From: Bacilli bacterium
GTDB taxonomy: Bacteria; Bacillota_I; Bacilli_A; ML615J-28; CAG-313
DNA: 64,000 bases
Direction of reading: 5' to 3'
Assembly: GCA_017937305.1 (NCBI GenBank)
Contig: JAGBDV010000001.1
Span: 66,237-130,236, forward strand
The position numbers were made by a program, and so were the translations under genes. A model generated the notes under the pieces. That model was not told the DNA's origin. It saw only the letters and a list, made by a program, of their open reading frames with translations, and searched no databases. Below, in pieces: positions 29,438-40,174 of this stretch. How positions within the stretch are numbered: position 1 is the stretch's first letter; every line of letters begins with the position of its first letter.

Positions 29438-30568
29438 CTATTTTTTCATTTTTAAGTCTTTTAATTGTAAAATGTTTGTATTAAAGCTATTTATTAATTC
29501 TTTTTCTTTATTAAAGTTTAAAATTGCTTCTTTAATTAAAATATTAAGTAGCTCTTTGAATGAATAATCTTTATAAAGGTAAAATGCTAAAGAACCAGGA
29601 ATTGTATTTACTTCATTAAAATATAGTTTATTACTATCTAAATCATATAAGTAATCGATTCTAATAACACCACTAAAGTTAAGAATATTATATATATTTT
29701 TAGTATAGTTTGTTATTTCATTTAGTAAAGATTCATCTATTGGTGCTGGAATTGTTCTATTTTCTTTTGAAGTTTCTTTTAATCCACCACTTGCATATTT
29801 ATCATTAAATGTTAAGTAATTACTTGTTGTTTTTACTTCTTCTACTAGTGATGGGTAAAGTATTCCTTTAGATTTAAAACATGCCATATTATATTCTACA
29901 AAGTTTGTTAGTTTTTCTTCAATTATTACTTTTTTATCATATTTTAATGCGTTATCTATTAAAGTATTAAGTTCTTGAGTATTATTTACTATTTCTATTC
30001 CAATACTAGATCCTAAAGTTGATGGTTTAATAATTAAAGGAAATTTAAAGTTATTAAGTAGTTTATCAACCTTTTTTTGTTTTGTTTCTTTAGTAAGTTC
30101 TATCCATTTGCACATTCTAATTCCCTTAGTTTTTAGTATTTTTTTACACATTCCTTTATCTTGAGCGATACTACTAGATAAGACATTACTACATACATTT
30201 GGTAGTTTTAAGAGGTTTATATAACCTGATAGGTTTCCATCTTCTACTCCTTTTCCGTGTACTACTGGAAAACATATATCTATTTTATAGTGTTTTCTTT
30301 TATAAACTAAATAAGTATTATTGTTCTTTCTAATAAAGTAACAATTTGTTTTCTTATTTAAGTGATGCCCTTCTTTAAAGTAGTTGGTTGTATTTAAATC
30401 TTTTAGATAAATAAATTCATTGTCTTTAGATAAATATACAACAAATGGTTTGTATAAGCTTTTATCTAAGTTTAAAATGGCTTGTAAGCCCGAAATAAGC
30501 GAGATTTCGTGTTCTACACTACATCCCCCAATAAATATGCAAATATTAAGTTTCCCGTCATTATTCAT
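29438..30568 (-). CDS. ddl: D-alanine--D-alanine ligase
   Basis: GG.SVEHEIS, HG..VEDG, KP..LGSSIG, EVNTIPGS. Confidence 0.88.
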   Translation of the reverse strand: MNNDGKLNICIFIGGCSVEHEISLISGLQAILNLDKSLYKPFVVYLSKDNEFIYLKDLNTTNYFKEGHHLNKKTNCYFIRKNNNTYLVYKRKHYKIDICFPVVHGKGVEDGNLSGYINLLKLPNVCSNVLSSSIAQDKGMCKKILKTKGIRMCKWIELTKETKQKKVDKLLNNFKFPLIIKPSTLGSSIGIEIVNNTQELNTLIDNALKYDKKVIIEEKLTNFVEYNMACFKSKGILYPSLVEEVKTTSNYLTFNDKYASGGLKETSKENRTIPAPIDESLLNEITNYTKNIYNILNFSGVIRIDYLYDLDSNKLYFNEVNTIPGSLAFYLYKDYSFKELLNILIKEAILNFNKEKELINSFNTNILQLKDLKMKK

Positions 30569-30572
30569 TTTA

Positions 30573-32096
30573 TCACCTCATTAAATAATTATCTGGTAAA
30601 TCATTTTCAATTAAGATATTTATATATTCATTTTTAAAGTCACTATATTTATTTTTTAAATAAGATAGTGCTTCATTATATGAACTTACTAGTTTATAGT
30701 TTATTTTTAAATCATTTAATAAAGATTTAAGATATTTTAATTCTTTATTATTTACAAGAACAATATCATCTAATAAATCTAAGCTACTAATTATACTTAA
30801 CGCAATACTTTCTTTATACTTACCACCATCTACAATACCTGGAGTAATGATACATTTAATACCACTTAGTCTTTTTAAGACTTTACAAGCTGATATAAAG
30901 CCTTCTACGTTAGAGTTAAAACTATCATCGATATATCTAAATAAAACATTATTAATGTTTTCTTCTTTTAAAGATAAGCGGTTTTCTATATTAGTTAAAT
31001 TTAAAATAGATTCTATAAAATCTTTATCAGAAATATAAAATTTATCATCTAACAACTTTTTTACTCCATAGCAAATCACAATATTATCAATATTATGGTC
31101 ACCTAAAAGTTTTGTTTTAATGTGAATAATTTTTTTATCATATGAGTAAATATCAAATTCAGTATATAAATCATTATAAGTAATATTTGTAGGATAATAG
31201 ATGCCATATTTTTTATTTACACCTAGTGTTTCTTTAACATTAGGATTTGACAAGCCATTTAGATATTTATTACCATAGTTTAAGACTAGTTTTCCTTCTT
31301 CTTGTAAATTTTCTGCAAGTTCCCATTTAGTTTTTAAAACATTATCAATAGTTTTAAAGCTATTCATATGCTGTGGGCCAATTGATGTGATAACTCCAAG
31401 ATTTGGATTAATCATTTTAGCAATTTCTTTTATATCACCAGGGGATGTTGCACCAGCTTCTACAAAGAAGATATCACATAGTCCATTTAAATTATTTAAA
31501 ACATGTTTTGTAATTCCCATTGGTGTATTATATGATTTAGGAGTCATTTCTGTTAAAAAAAAAGGTTGATAAATAGAATGTAACATTTTCTTGATACTTG
31601 TTTTTCCATAACTACCTGTAATACATACAATAAAGGGGTTAATTTTATTTAGTTTTTTCGTACATTTGTTTTTGTAATATCTTTTAATTAAATATTCAAC
31701 TGGATAAATTAAAATACTACTAAGTATTACAGTAAAGGGAAGTAAATATAAAACTAATAGAAACGTTATTTTATTAAATGAATATATAAATGGTATTATG
31801 ATTAAAATTAGATTTATTATTAATAGTCTAAGCATTCTTTTTGTAAGTTTAAGTCTAATGATATATTTTATTTTAATTAATGAAAAAACTAAGATAAAAA
31901 TATATATTAGTAAATCTAAATATGAATTTTTAAATATAAAAAAGATCGATAAATATGTAATTATAATAAATGGAAGGTGAAAATAATATTTTTTTAAGTA
32001 GTTAAAACTAGACTTTATTTTATAGTGATCAAGTTGTAACATAAGTAAGTAATAATATAAACCTTTTAAAATTGGAATTATAAAAATTATTTGCAT
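30573..32096 (-). CDS. murF: Mur ligase, MurF-like, with N-terminal TM helices
   Basis: ITGSYGKTS, TPKSYNTPMG, GPQH, LGDHN, DDSFNSN; adjacent to ddl. Confidence 0.78.
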   Translation of the reverse strand: MQIIFIIPILKGLYYYLLMLQLDHYKIKSSFNYLKKYYFHLPFIIITYLSIFFIFKNSYLDLLIYIFILVFSLIKIKYIIRLKLTKRMLRLLIINLILIIIPFIYSFNKITFLLVLYLLPFTVILSSILIYPVEYLIKRYYKNKCTKKLNKINPFIVCITGSYGKTSIKKMLHSIYQPFFLTEMTPKSYNTPMGITKHVLNNLNGLCDIFFVEAGATSPGDIKEIAKMINPNLGVITSIGPQHMNSFKTIDNVLKTKWELAENLQEEGKLVLNYGNKYLNGLSNPNVKETLGVNKKYGIYYPTNITYNDLYTEFDIYSYDKKIIHIKTKLLGDHNIDNIVICYGVKKLLDDKFYISDKDFIESILNLTNIENRLSLKEENINNVLFRYIDDSFNSNVEGFISACKVLKRLSGIKCIITPGIVDGGKYKESIALSIISSLDLLDDIVLVNNKELKYLKSLLNDLKINYKLVSSYNEALSYLKNKYSDFKNEYINILIENDLPDNYLMR

Positions 32097-32098
32097 AA

Positions 32099-32842
32099 TT
32101 ATACCTCTAAATAACTTTTTAAAACTTTGATAAAGTAACTATAGTTATCAATAAATGGAAAATGAGAACTAGATGGAATAATTACTAACTCACTTTTTTT
32201 AATTAATCTTTTAAATACTTTTGCATCTTTTAGTTTAGTTGTATTATCATTTTCTCCCCAAATGATAAGAGTTTCACAAGGAATATTTTTTAATAGTTTC
32301 TTTTGATCGTATGTTACTGCTTTAATTAACATTTGTTTTAATATGTGTGATGAGTTGATATAATCACTACTTCCACTATTTACTAGTAATTCATTGTATT
32401 TCATTACTTGTTTTGTTAGTTTAAAATAGTGTTTTTTTAGTTTATATAGTTTTATTTTAATCCATTTTTTAATACTTTTATGTTTAATTCCTGCAGAATC
32501 TATTAATATTAATTTATCTATATTTAAAGATGAACTTGCGTATTCTATCAATATTCGTCCACCATATGAGTGACCAATTAATATAGGGTTTATAATATTA
32601 TGTTTAGATATAAAGTCTTTAAAAACTTTTGTTACTTCTTTTACATCAAGGGGGATTTCTAAATTAGATGATTTACCAAATCCTGGTAAATCAATTAAAA
32701 AGATTTCATATTTATTTTTGATTGCACTTACAACATGTTTAAATACCCCTAATGAGCATCCCCAACCATGTAAGAAAATAATTGGTTTCCCGCAACCATA
32801 TTTTTCATAATATATGTTTATTCCGTTATGATAATAAAACAT
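32099..32842 (-). CDS. Alpha/beta hydrolase
   Basis: FLHGWG, DLPGFG, GHSYGG, WGEND, HFPF. Confidence 0.88.
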   Translation of the reverse strand: MFYYHNGINIYYEKYGCGKPIIFLHGWGCSLGVFKHVVSAIKNKYEIFLIDLPGFGKSSNLEIPLDVKEVTKVFKDFISKHNIINPILIGHSYGGRILIEYASSSLNIDKLILIDSAGIKHKSIKKWIKIKLYKLKKHYFKLTKQVMKYNELLVNSGSSDYINSSHILKQMLIKAVTYDQKKLLKNIPCETLIIWGENDNTTKLKDAKVFKRLIKKSELVIIPSSSHFPFIDNYSYFIKVLKSYLEV

Positions 32843-32865
32843 ATTCCACCACTTTCATTTAGTTA

Positions 32866-32902
32866 AATATATGCAATAAAAGTAAATCATATTACATATA
32901 CT
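32866..32902. promoter_or_regulatory. Overlapping divergent sigmaE-like promoters
   Basis: Plus strand ATAAA-N14-CATATACT (32876-32902); minus strand ATATG-N14-CATATATT (32892-32866). Confidence 0.5.
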
Positions 32903-32921
32903 TTTTTAGTAGGAGGAACAT

Positions 32922-33566
32922 ATGTCTAATTTAAACTATCCATATATTGTAAAAAGCTTACCATATGAAATAGTAAGCTTAGAGCCGGTAATTGATAAAA
33001 CAACTTTAGTTATTCATCATGATAAAATATATCTAAATTATATAGAGAAATTAAATTTAATTATAAAAGAAAATAAAGATTTATCTAATTATAGTATTCT
33101 AGAATTAATTTATAATCCTTTTTTAATACCACCAACGATTCTTAATAAAACATTATATTATGCAGGTGGGATATATAATCATGAGTTATTTTTTGATAAT
33201 TTAACTTCAAATAAGCATAATATGATTAATGGTTTATTTAATAAAATGATAATAGAGGAGTATAAATCATTTGATAATTATAAAAATTTTATACTTAAGT
33301 TAGCAGCATCCCCAATTAACTATCATTGGATTATTACAACAATTAATTGTAAAAATAAGATTGATACAATTGGTTTAAAAGATAATGATACGACAATTCC
33401 ATTAAATTTATATCCACTTCTTGTTATTGATATTGCAGAACATGCTTATTTTATTAAGTATCATAATCATAAAGATGATTATGTAAATAGTATTTTTTCT
33501 ATTATTAATTATGATGTTGTTAATGAAAGATTATTAAAGATTATAAATAAGAAAAAGAACTCCTAG
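32922..33566 (+). CDS. Fe/Mn superoxide dismutase-like protein (degenerate)
   Basis: LPY..LEP.I..HH.K, GG..NH, PLL.ID.AEHAY. Confidence 0.75.
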   Translation: MSNLNYPYIVKSLPYEIVSLEPVIDKTTLVIHHDKIYLNYIEKLNLIIKENKDLSNYSILELIYNPFLIPPTILNKTLYYAGGIYNHELFFDNLTSNKHNMINGLFNKMIIEEYKSFDNYKNFILKLAASPINYHWIITTINCKNKIDTIGLKDNDTTIPLNLYPLLVIDIAEHAYFIKYHNHKDDYVNSIFSIINYDVVNERLLKIINKKKNS

Positions 33567-33578
33567 GAGTTCTTTTTT

Positions 33579-34991
33579 TTATCCGATAGAATCTTTCATT
33601 TCTAATTTAATTAATTGATTAAGTTCTACTGCATATTCCATTGGAAGTTCTTTTGCGAAAGGCTCAATAAAGCCCATTACAATCATTTCTGTTGCTTGAG
33701 CTTCAGTTAATCCTCTACTCATTAAATAGAATAATTGATCTTCACTTACCTTTGATACTGTTGCTTCATGTTCAATGTATGAAGAATCATTTTCAACAAT
33801 ATTTGTAGGAATTGTATCTGATGTAGATATATCATCTAGAATGATTGTATCACATTCAATATGTGATTTTGCATTTTTAGCAGAAGCTGCATGTCTTACT
33901 GTACCGCGGTAGTTTACTTTACCTCCACCACGACAGATTGATTTAGAAATGATTTGACTAGTTGTATTTGGTGCTAAATGAATCATTTTTGCACCTGTAT
34001 CTTGGATTTGTTCTGCGCTTGCAAAAGCAATTGAAATTGTTGTTCCTTTTGCACCTTCTCCTGCTAAGATACATGCAGGGTATTTCATATTGATTGCAGA
34101 ACCAATATTACCATCTATCCATTCCATATGTCCATAGTCTTTTACTAAAGTTCTTTTTGTTACTAAGTTAATGATATTATTAGACCAGTTTTGAACTGTT
34201 GAATATCTACAATAACCATGTTTTCCAACAAAGATTTCTACTACAGCAGCATGTAATGAATACTCTGAATATTGTGGTGCAGTACATCCTTCTACGTAGT
34301 GTACGCTTGCTTCATCATCAACAATGATAAGTGTTCTTTCAAATTGCCCCATTTGTTCTGTATTAATTCTAAAATATGATTGAAGAGGTTTTTCTAATTT
34401 TACGCCTTTTGGTACATAAATAAATGAACCACCACTCCATACTGCAGTATTAAGTGCTGCAAACATATTATCAGCTGCTGGAACTACTTTTGAGAAATAT
34501 TCTTGAACAAGTTCTGGATATAATCTAACTGCAGTATCAGTGTCACAGAAGATTACGCCTTTTTCTTCTAATTCTTTTAATGTGTTATGATATACAACTT
34601 CTGATTCAAATTGTGTTGATACACCTGCTAAATATTTTCTTTCTGCTTCTGGAATACCTAGTTTTTCAAATGTTTCTTTGATTGCCTCAGGTACTTCATC
34701 CCAACTTTTTTCTGTTTTTTTACTAGATTTAATATAGTAAATATATTCATCAAAGTTTACACTAGATAGATCTGGTCCAAATTTAGGCCATTTCATTTTT
34801 GCAAATTCTTTATATGCTTTTAGTCTAATATTTAGCATCCATTCTGGTTCATTTTTCATTGCAGAAATTTTTCTTACAACTTCTTCTGAAATTCCTTTAC
34901 CAGTATCATATACATTTTCTACATCAGTGTGGAAACCATATTTATAATCAGTACCAACTATTTGTTCATACTTTTCGTTTTTATTACTCAT
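33579..34991 (-). CDS. sufB: Fe-S cluster assembly protein SufB
   Basis: [39 protein letters not shown]. Confidence 0.96.
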   Translation of the reverse strand: MSNKNEKYEQIVGTDYKYGFHTDVENVYDTGKGISEEVVRKISAMKNEPEWMLNIRLKAYKEFAKMKWPKFGPDLSSVNFDEYIYYIKSSKKTEKSWDEVPEAIKETFEKLGIPEAERKYLAGVSTQFESEVVYHNTLKELEEKGVIFCDTDTAVRLYPELVQEYFSKVVPAADNMFAALNTAVWSGGSFIYVPKGVKLEKPLQSYFRINTEQMGQFERTLIIVDDEASVHYVEGCTAPQYSEYSLHAAVVEIFVGKHGYCRYSTVQNWSNNIINLVTKRTLVKDYGHMEWIDGNIGSAINMKYPACILAGEGAKGTTISIAFASAEQIQDTGAKMIHLAPNTTSQIISKSICRGGGKVNYRGTVRHAASAKNAKSHIECDTIILDDISTSDTIPTNIVENDSSYIEHEATVSKVSEDQLFYLMSRGLTEAQATEMIVMGFIEPFAKELPMEYAVELNQLIKLEMKDSIG

Positions 34992-35427
34992 CTATTGATT
35001 CCCCCTCTTCTCCATGAATTATTGCACCTGCTGCACGCCATGCAAGAGTTGCACATTTAGCACGTGGTGGATAATTATGGATATTTACATATACTATTGC
35101 GTCTCCTAAACGGTCTTCATCTTCAGGGTAGTTACCTTTGATTAGTTCATAGAAGTCTTCAATAATTTCATTTGCTACTTTAATATCTTTTCCTTTTAAA
35201 GTTTCACTCATAACTGATGCAGATGAGCAACATATTGCACAACCTGTACCAATATGTCTTACATCTTTGATGATACCATTTTCAATACTTAATTGTACTG
35301 TTACATCATCACCACAAGATGGGTTTTTTACTTTTAAAGTTTTATATCCATCGATTAATCCTTTATTTCTTGGATAGTTTCGATGATCTTTTAATACTTG
35401 ATTATATAGATCTGAAATACCAGCCAT
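34984..35427 (-). CDS. sufU: SUF system NifU-like sulfur transfer protein
   Basis: NPSCGD, GCAIC, R.KCATLAW. Confidence 0.9.
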   Translation of the reverse strand: MAGISDLYNQVLKDHRNYPRNKGLIDGYKTLKVKNPSCGDDVTVQLSIENGIIKDVRHIGTGCAICCSSASVMSETLKGKDIKVANEIIEDFYELIKGNYPEDEDRLGDAIVYVNIHNYPPRAKCATLAWRAAGAIIHGEEGESIDE

Positions 35428-35428
35428 A

Positions 35429-36652
35429 TTACCACTCCTTAAAGTATTCAGCTGAGTCTTTTACAGCTTGAATAAATTTATCACAATCTTCAAAATCATT
35501 ATAAATATAGAAGCATGCTCTTAGAGTACCAATTGTATCTAACCATTTAATAATTAATTGAGCACAGTGATGTCCTGCACGTAAACATATATCTCTTTCA
35601 TCAAAGAGTGTAGATGCATCGTGTGGATGAACACCTGTAATGTTAAATGCAATAATACCTGTTTCTACGCTTTTATTATAGATTGTGATTCCATCTATTT
35701 TTAATAACTCATTCATTGTATAGTCTAACAATGCTTTTTCATGACGAACAATTTTATCGTAACCAATACTTTCTATATATTTAATTGCTTCTTTAAATGC
35801 AATTGCTTCTGCAATTGGTGGTGTTCCTGTTTCAAATTTAAATGGAGCATCTTTCCATGTTGATTCATTTTTATAAACTTCATCAATCATATCGCCACCA
35901 AATTCTACTGGACGCATAGCTTTTAAGTATTTATATTTACCATACAAGATACCAAATCCAGTTGGGCCAAACATTTTATGGGCAGAAAATGCTAAAAAGT
36001 CACAATCTAATTCTTTTACATCAACTTTCATATGAGGTACTGATTGAGCAGCATCAACTACTACTACTGCACCTACTTCATGAGCAAGTTTAATAATTTC
36101 TTTAATTGGAGTAATGTATCCCATTACATTTGATACGTGTGTTAATACCACAACTTTAGTTTTATTTGATAAAACTTTTTTAAATGCTTCAACTGTAATT
36201 CTTCCTTCTGAATCAAGTTCTACATATTTTAGTATTGCACCTTTGATATTACATACATTTTGCCAAGGAAGTACACATGAATGGTGTTCTAGTTCTGAAG
36301 AAATTACTTCATCACCTTCTGATAAATTATCCATTCCATAGCTTTGGGCAACTAAATTTAATCCATTTGATGCTCCTTTTGTAAATACAACTTCACGTTC
36401 TTTACAGTTTAAGAACTTTGCACAAACAGTACGTGTTTCTTCATATTCTGTTGTTGCGGTATAACTTAACTTATATACACCACGATTAACGTTTACTCCA
36501 TATTTTTCATAGTATTCGTCTAGTTTATCAATTACGCATTTAGGTTTTAAAGAAGTAGCACCACTATCCAAATAAACAAGATTTGGATTATTAACTAAAA
36601 CAGGAAAATCATTCTTAACATTTAATAAAACCTTTTTATCTGGATAACTCAT
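35429..36652 (-). CDS. sufS: Cysteine desulfurase
   Basis: YLDSGATS, EHHS, DAAQS, FSAHKMFGPTG, RAGHHCA. Confidence 0.96.
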   Translation of the reverse strand: MSYPDKKVLLNVKNDFPVLVNNPNLVYLDSGATSLKPKCVIDKLDEYYEKYGVNVNRGVYKLSYTATTEYEETRTVCAKFLNCKEREVVFTKGASNGLNLVAQSYGMDNLSEGDEVISSELEHHSCVLPWQNVCNIKGAILKYVELDSEGRITVEAFKKVLSNKTKVVVLTHVSNVMGYITPIKEIIKLAHEVGAVVVVDAAQSVPHMKVDVKELDCDFLAFSAHKMFGPTGFGILYGKYKYLKAMRPVEFGGDMIDEVYKNESTWKDAPFKFETGTPPIAEAIAFKEAIKYIESIGYDKIVRHEKALLDYTMNELLKIDGITIYNKSVETGIIAFNITGVHPHDASTLFDERDICLRAGHHCAQLIIKWLDTIGTLRACFYIYNDFEDCDKFIQAVKDSAEYFKEW

Positions 36653-36666
36653 TTTTACTCCTCCTT

Positions 36667-37356
36667 CTATAATTTACTAACGAAATGTTCGCTTATTTCT
36701 TTTCTTAATTCTACATCATCAATTCTATCAAGTAAAGGTTGTACAAAACCAAGTACAATTAGTTTTGATGCTTCTTTTTCATCTAATCCTCTACTCATTA
36801 AATAAAATAAATCTTCTTTACTTATTGAACCAATGCTTGCAGCATGGTTTGCTATTACATCATATTCATCAATATATAGATTTGGCATGGCTTTTATCTT
36901 GGCACCTTTTGATAAAGTTAAACCTTTAGCTTTTTGTCTAACTATACTTTTACTAGCACCTTTTACAATTTTTGCATTGTTATTTAATACCATTAAAGCT
37001 TCATCTACTGCGATAGCATAATTTGCGAAATCACTTACAGTTTCTTTACAGTTATGTAATAACATAATGTTACTTTCTAGTTTAGCATTACCACCAACTA
37101 ATAATACATTTAAAACATTACATGTTGCGCCTTCTGCTTCTAATGCAATTGTTTCATTTAAACTAGCTGTTTTATCTGTTGTTGCAACATTATAAATATT
37201 AAGTACGGAACCTTTTTTTAAGACTGCTTGTAAGTTAAATGCACATGAATTACTACCATCATTAAAAACAATAATTGTTTTATGTTCGTTTTCTTCTAAG
37301 AAATATTCCTTACTGCAACAAACATTGGTAACTTTTTCAACTACTACATTAGCCAT
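36667..37356 (-). CDS. sufD: SufD-like Fe-S assembly protein (short)
   Basis: [25 protein letters not shown]; position in the suf operon. Confidence 0.85.
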   Translation of the reverse strand: MANVVVEKVTNVCCSKEYFLEENEHKTIIVFNDGSNSCAFNLQAVLKKGSVLNIYNVATTDKTASLNETIALEAEGATCNVLNVLLVGGNAKLESNIMLLHNCKETVSDFANYAIAVDEALMVLNNNAKIVKGASKSIVRQKAKGLTLSKGAKIKAMPNLYIDEYDVIANHAASIGSISKEDLFYLMSRGLDEKEASKLIVLGFVQPLLDRIDDVELRKEISEHFVSKL

Positions 37357-38192
37357 TATTTGTCACCTTTGTCCATAGCATTCCTAACAGCACAAGTACC
37401 TAAAATATTATTAGTAATATTTGGACCATCATCTAGTTCATCTAATCCTAATTCTTCTTTTAACCAATCATATCCTTCTTTGTCTACTTTTTCCATTAAT
37501 TCTAAACCACCTGACTTAACAACTACACCATTCATTAAAATATGAACATAGTCAGCTTTGATATAGTCAAGTAGTCTTTCGTAGTGAGTAATGATTAACG
37601 AACCGAAGTTTTCAGATTTCATATCATTTACATTTTCACCTACAATTCTTAATGCATCAACATCAAGTCCTGAGTCAATTTCATCTAGAATTGCAAATTT
37701 AGGTTTAAGTAATTTCATTTGAAGAATTTCATTACGTTTCTTTTCACCACCAGAGAATCCTTCATTTACATAACGATGTGGTAAGTCTTCACGCATTTTT
37801 AATTCTTCACATGCTTTATCTAAAGAACGAATAAATTTAAGTAAAGGAAGTGTTTCACCCTCTGCAAGTCTTGCGTGCATAGCAGTTTTAATGAAATCTG
37901 AGTTTGTAACACCTGTTATTTCACTAGGATATTGCATTGCAAGGAATAATCCTTTTCTACTTCTTTCATCAACACTCATTGAAAGAACGTCTTCTCCATC
38001 AAGTAAAATTTGACCACTTGTTACTTGATATTTATAGTGTCCCATAATTGTAGCAGCAAGTGTAGATTTACCAGTACCATTTGGTCCCATAACTACATGG
38101 AATTCACCAGTATTTAGTTCTAGATTAACACCTTTTAAGATTTCTTTTCCTTCAACGCTTACATGTAAATCAATAATTTGTAATTTTGACAT
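37356..38192 (-). CDS. sufC: Fe-S assembly ATPase SufC
   Basis: GPNGTGKST, NEGFSGGEKKRNE, LDEIDSGLD. Confidence 0.96.
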   Translation of the reverse strand: MSKLQIIDLHVSVEGKEILKGVNLELNTGEFHVVMGPNGTGKSTLAATIMGHYKYQVTSGQILLDGEDVLSMSVDERSRKGLFLAMQYPSEITGVTNSDFIKTAMHARLAEGETLPLLKFIRSLDKACEELKMREDLPHRYVNEGFSGGEKKRNEILQMKLLKPKFAILDEIDSGLDVDALRIVGENVNDMKSENFGSLIITHYERLLDYIKADYVHILMNGVVVKSGGLELMEKVDKEGYDWLKEELGLDELDDGPNITNNILGTCAVRNAMDKGDK

Positions 38193-38412
38193 TTTTAATT
38201 GCCTCTACTTTCTTTTGATTATTAATTATTATTACCAATATTTATAATAACAAGATAATAAAACTAATTATTTTGTTTTCCTCAATATATTATTATACCA
38301 AATTTTTACATTATTATCATTAAATATGGTAATTAAAGTTTTTATTAACAAAAGGATTTAACAAAACAATAAAAACTACTATAACATAAGCTATAGTAGT
38401 TTAATTATTTTT

Positions 38413-39204
38413 TTAAAATAAAGGAAGGTTTTCTCCTACTTTAACCCAGAAACTAACAATTTTATTATCTCTTAAAACTAAAATTGCTCCTTCTAAGAAT
38501 TCAATAGCTTCATCGAAAGAATAAACCTTCTTTTCTCCAATACATATCCAACCTGATTTTGGATCATAATATGTATCATCTTGTTTATTAACTTGGATAT
38601 ATGTTTTGTTTCTTAATTCTACACCTTGTGTTTCAACACTTAGTTTTCCTTTAACAAAAGTAGGAGTTTTTAATTTTTTCTTAAGCCAAATTGATCTAGG
38701 AAGTAATCCTTTTATACCAATTACTTCTTTAGATACTGGATCTACTTCTAATCCTGCAAAGCCAATACCTATAGAGATTAAAGAATTTGAATGGTCTGGA
38801 AATCCTAGTGAACTTTTTTCTACATTATATATAAATTTATTTATATCATTTGTTTTTTCATAGTTAATTAAAACTTTAATTTTATCGTTTTCTTCAAATG
38901 CTTTAAAGTGTTTTCGGTGTTGCATGAACTCAACGATTAATTCTGTTTCTTTTTCAAATGAACCAAGCATTTTTGTTTTTTGTTTTTTAGAAAAATATCC
39001 ATTATACCAGCTTGCAACAGGAAATAAAACTAGTACTACTAAAAAACATATAAATAAACCCCAGCTAAATTCACTTGATAAAACTTTCATAATAATTATA
39101 CCAACTATTGCTGCAGCAGAAATTACTGTATTGATTATTGGTGCAACGATAGTGGGTTTATTTTTCTTTTTATCATTTTCAATATCTTTACTTACGTTTA
39201 ACAT
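38413..39204 (-). CDS. Hypothetical membrane protein (2 TM)
   Basis: 263-aa ORF with two N-terminal hydrophobic helices. Confidence 0.65.
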   Translation of the reverse strand: MLNVSKDIENDKKKNKPTIVAPIINTVISAAAIVGIIIMKVLSSEFSWGLFICFLVVLVLFPVASWYNGYFSKKQKTKMLGSFEKETELIVEFMQHRKHFKAFEENDKIKVLINYEKTNDINKFIYNVEKSSLGFPDHSNSLISIGIGFAGLEVDPVSKEVIGIKGLLPRSIWLKKKLKTPTFVKGKLSVETQGVELRNKTYIQVNKQDDTYYDPKSGWICIGEKKVYSFDEAIEFLEGAILVLRDNKIVSFWVKVGENLPLF

Positions 39205-39215
39205 ATTTACTCCTA

Positions 39216-39560
39216 TTAATATTTACCCCATATTCCACTGAAAATATCTTCTTTACTTTCAATTTTATAGGTTACTCTGTCTTCTGCAAAAAATACTACA
39301 CAATAATATTTTACTGCGATACCTTTTTCAAATTTCTTTTGAGCATCTTTAATTGAACTTGCTCCATCAAACCAATATTGAAATTCAAAATATTGTTCAT
39401 TTTCTGTATCATCTGGTTTTCCCATAAGGGCATGTACTTTATCTGGGGTCATTCCTACTTTAATTTTTTTAAAGTTTTGATCGCTTGCTTCACCTTTTGC
39501 ACAACCACATAGTGATAAAAACAATAATACTACTATAAATAATAATTTAAATCTTTTCAT
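39216..39560 (-). CDS. Lipoprotein with a SmpA/OmlA (BamE)-like motif
   Basis: Lipobox LCGC; KIKVGMT...V..LMGKPD. Confidence 0.6.
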   Translation of the reverse strand: MKRFKLLFIVVLLFLSLCGCAKGEASDQNFKKIKVGMTPDKVHALMGKPDDTENEQYFEFQYWFDGASSIKDAQKKFEKGIAVKYYCVVFFAEDRVTYKIESKEDIFSGIWGKY

Positions 39561-39660
39561 TTAGTTATACCTCTTATTTATATTATAACATAAGTTTAAA
39601 CTAAATATCAATTTTAAAGAAAAAAAAGTTGATAGATAAAATCTATCAACTAATTATTAA

Positions 39661-40011
39661 TTATTTTTTTAAATCTTCTTCAGTAATTACACGATACTCA
39701 GCTGATTTAGCTTCACCGCCTGCAATTGCAATAATGATACCTTTAGCTTCTTTGCCTTCATCAAGTTTTGCTTTGATTTCGTCATAAGATTCGCAACCTT
39801 TAACAGCAATTACAACACCAGTATTAATAACTGGAATAATAATTTCAATTGCTTCATCGCCTAAATCCTCTTTAACTTGCGCTAATGTATAACATTCTCC
39901 AGCTTCAGCTGCTTCATTTACTTTGTCAGCATACTTTTGAGAAACTTTACTACAGCTAGCTAATGATACAACTAATACTAAAGCAACTAAAATTGCAAAT
40001 AATTTTTTCAT
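39661..40011 (-). CDS. Hypothetical lipoprotein
   Basis: Lipobox LASC; AGAAGGAG RBS. Confidence 0.7.
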   Translation of the reverse strand: MKKLFAILVALVLVVSLASCSKVSQKYADKVNEAAEAGECYTLAQVKEDLGDEAIEIIIPVINTGVVIAVKGCESYDEIKAKLDEGKEAKGIIIAIAGGEAKSAEYRVITEEDLKK

Positions 40012-40174
40012 TTTTTATTCCTCCTTCTAAATGATACGTTGATAATATACCACTTTTAAAAATTAAATTCAACTTTTTAATTAACTAGAAATATTAGAAT
40101 GCATTTAATTGCAACTAGAATACATTTAAAAACACCCTCAAAAATATGAGGGTGTTAGTTTTTAATTTAAGGAA

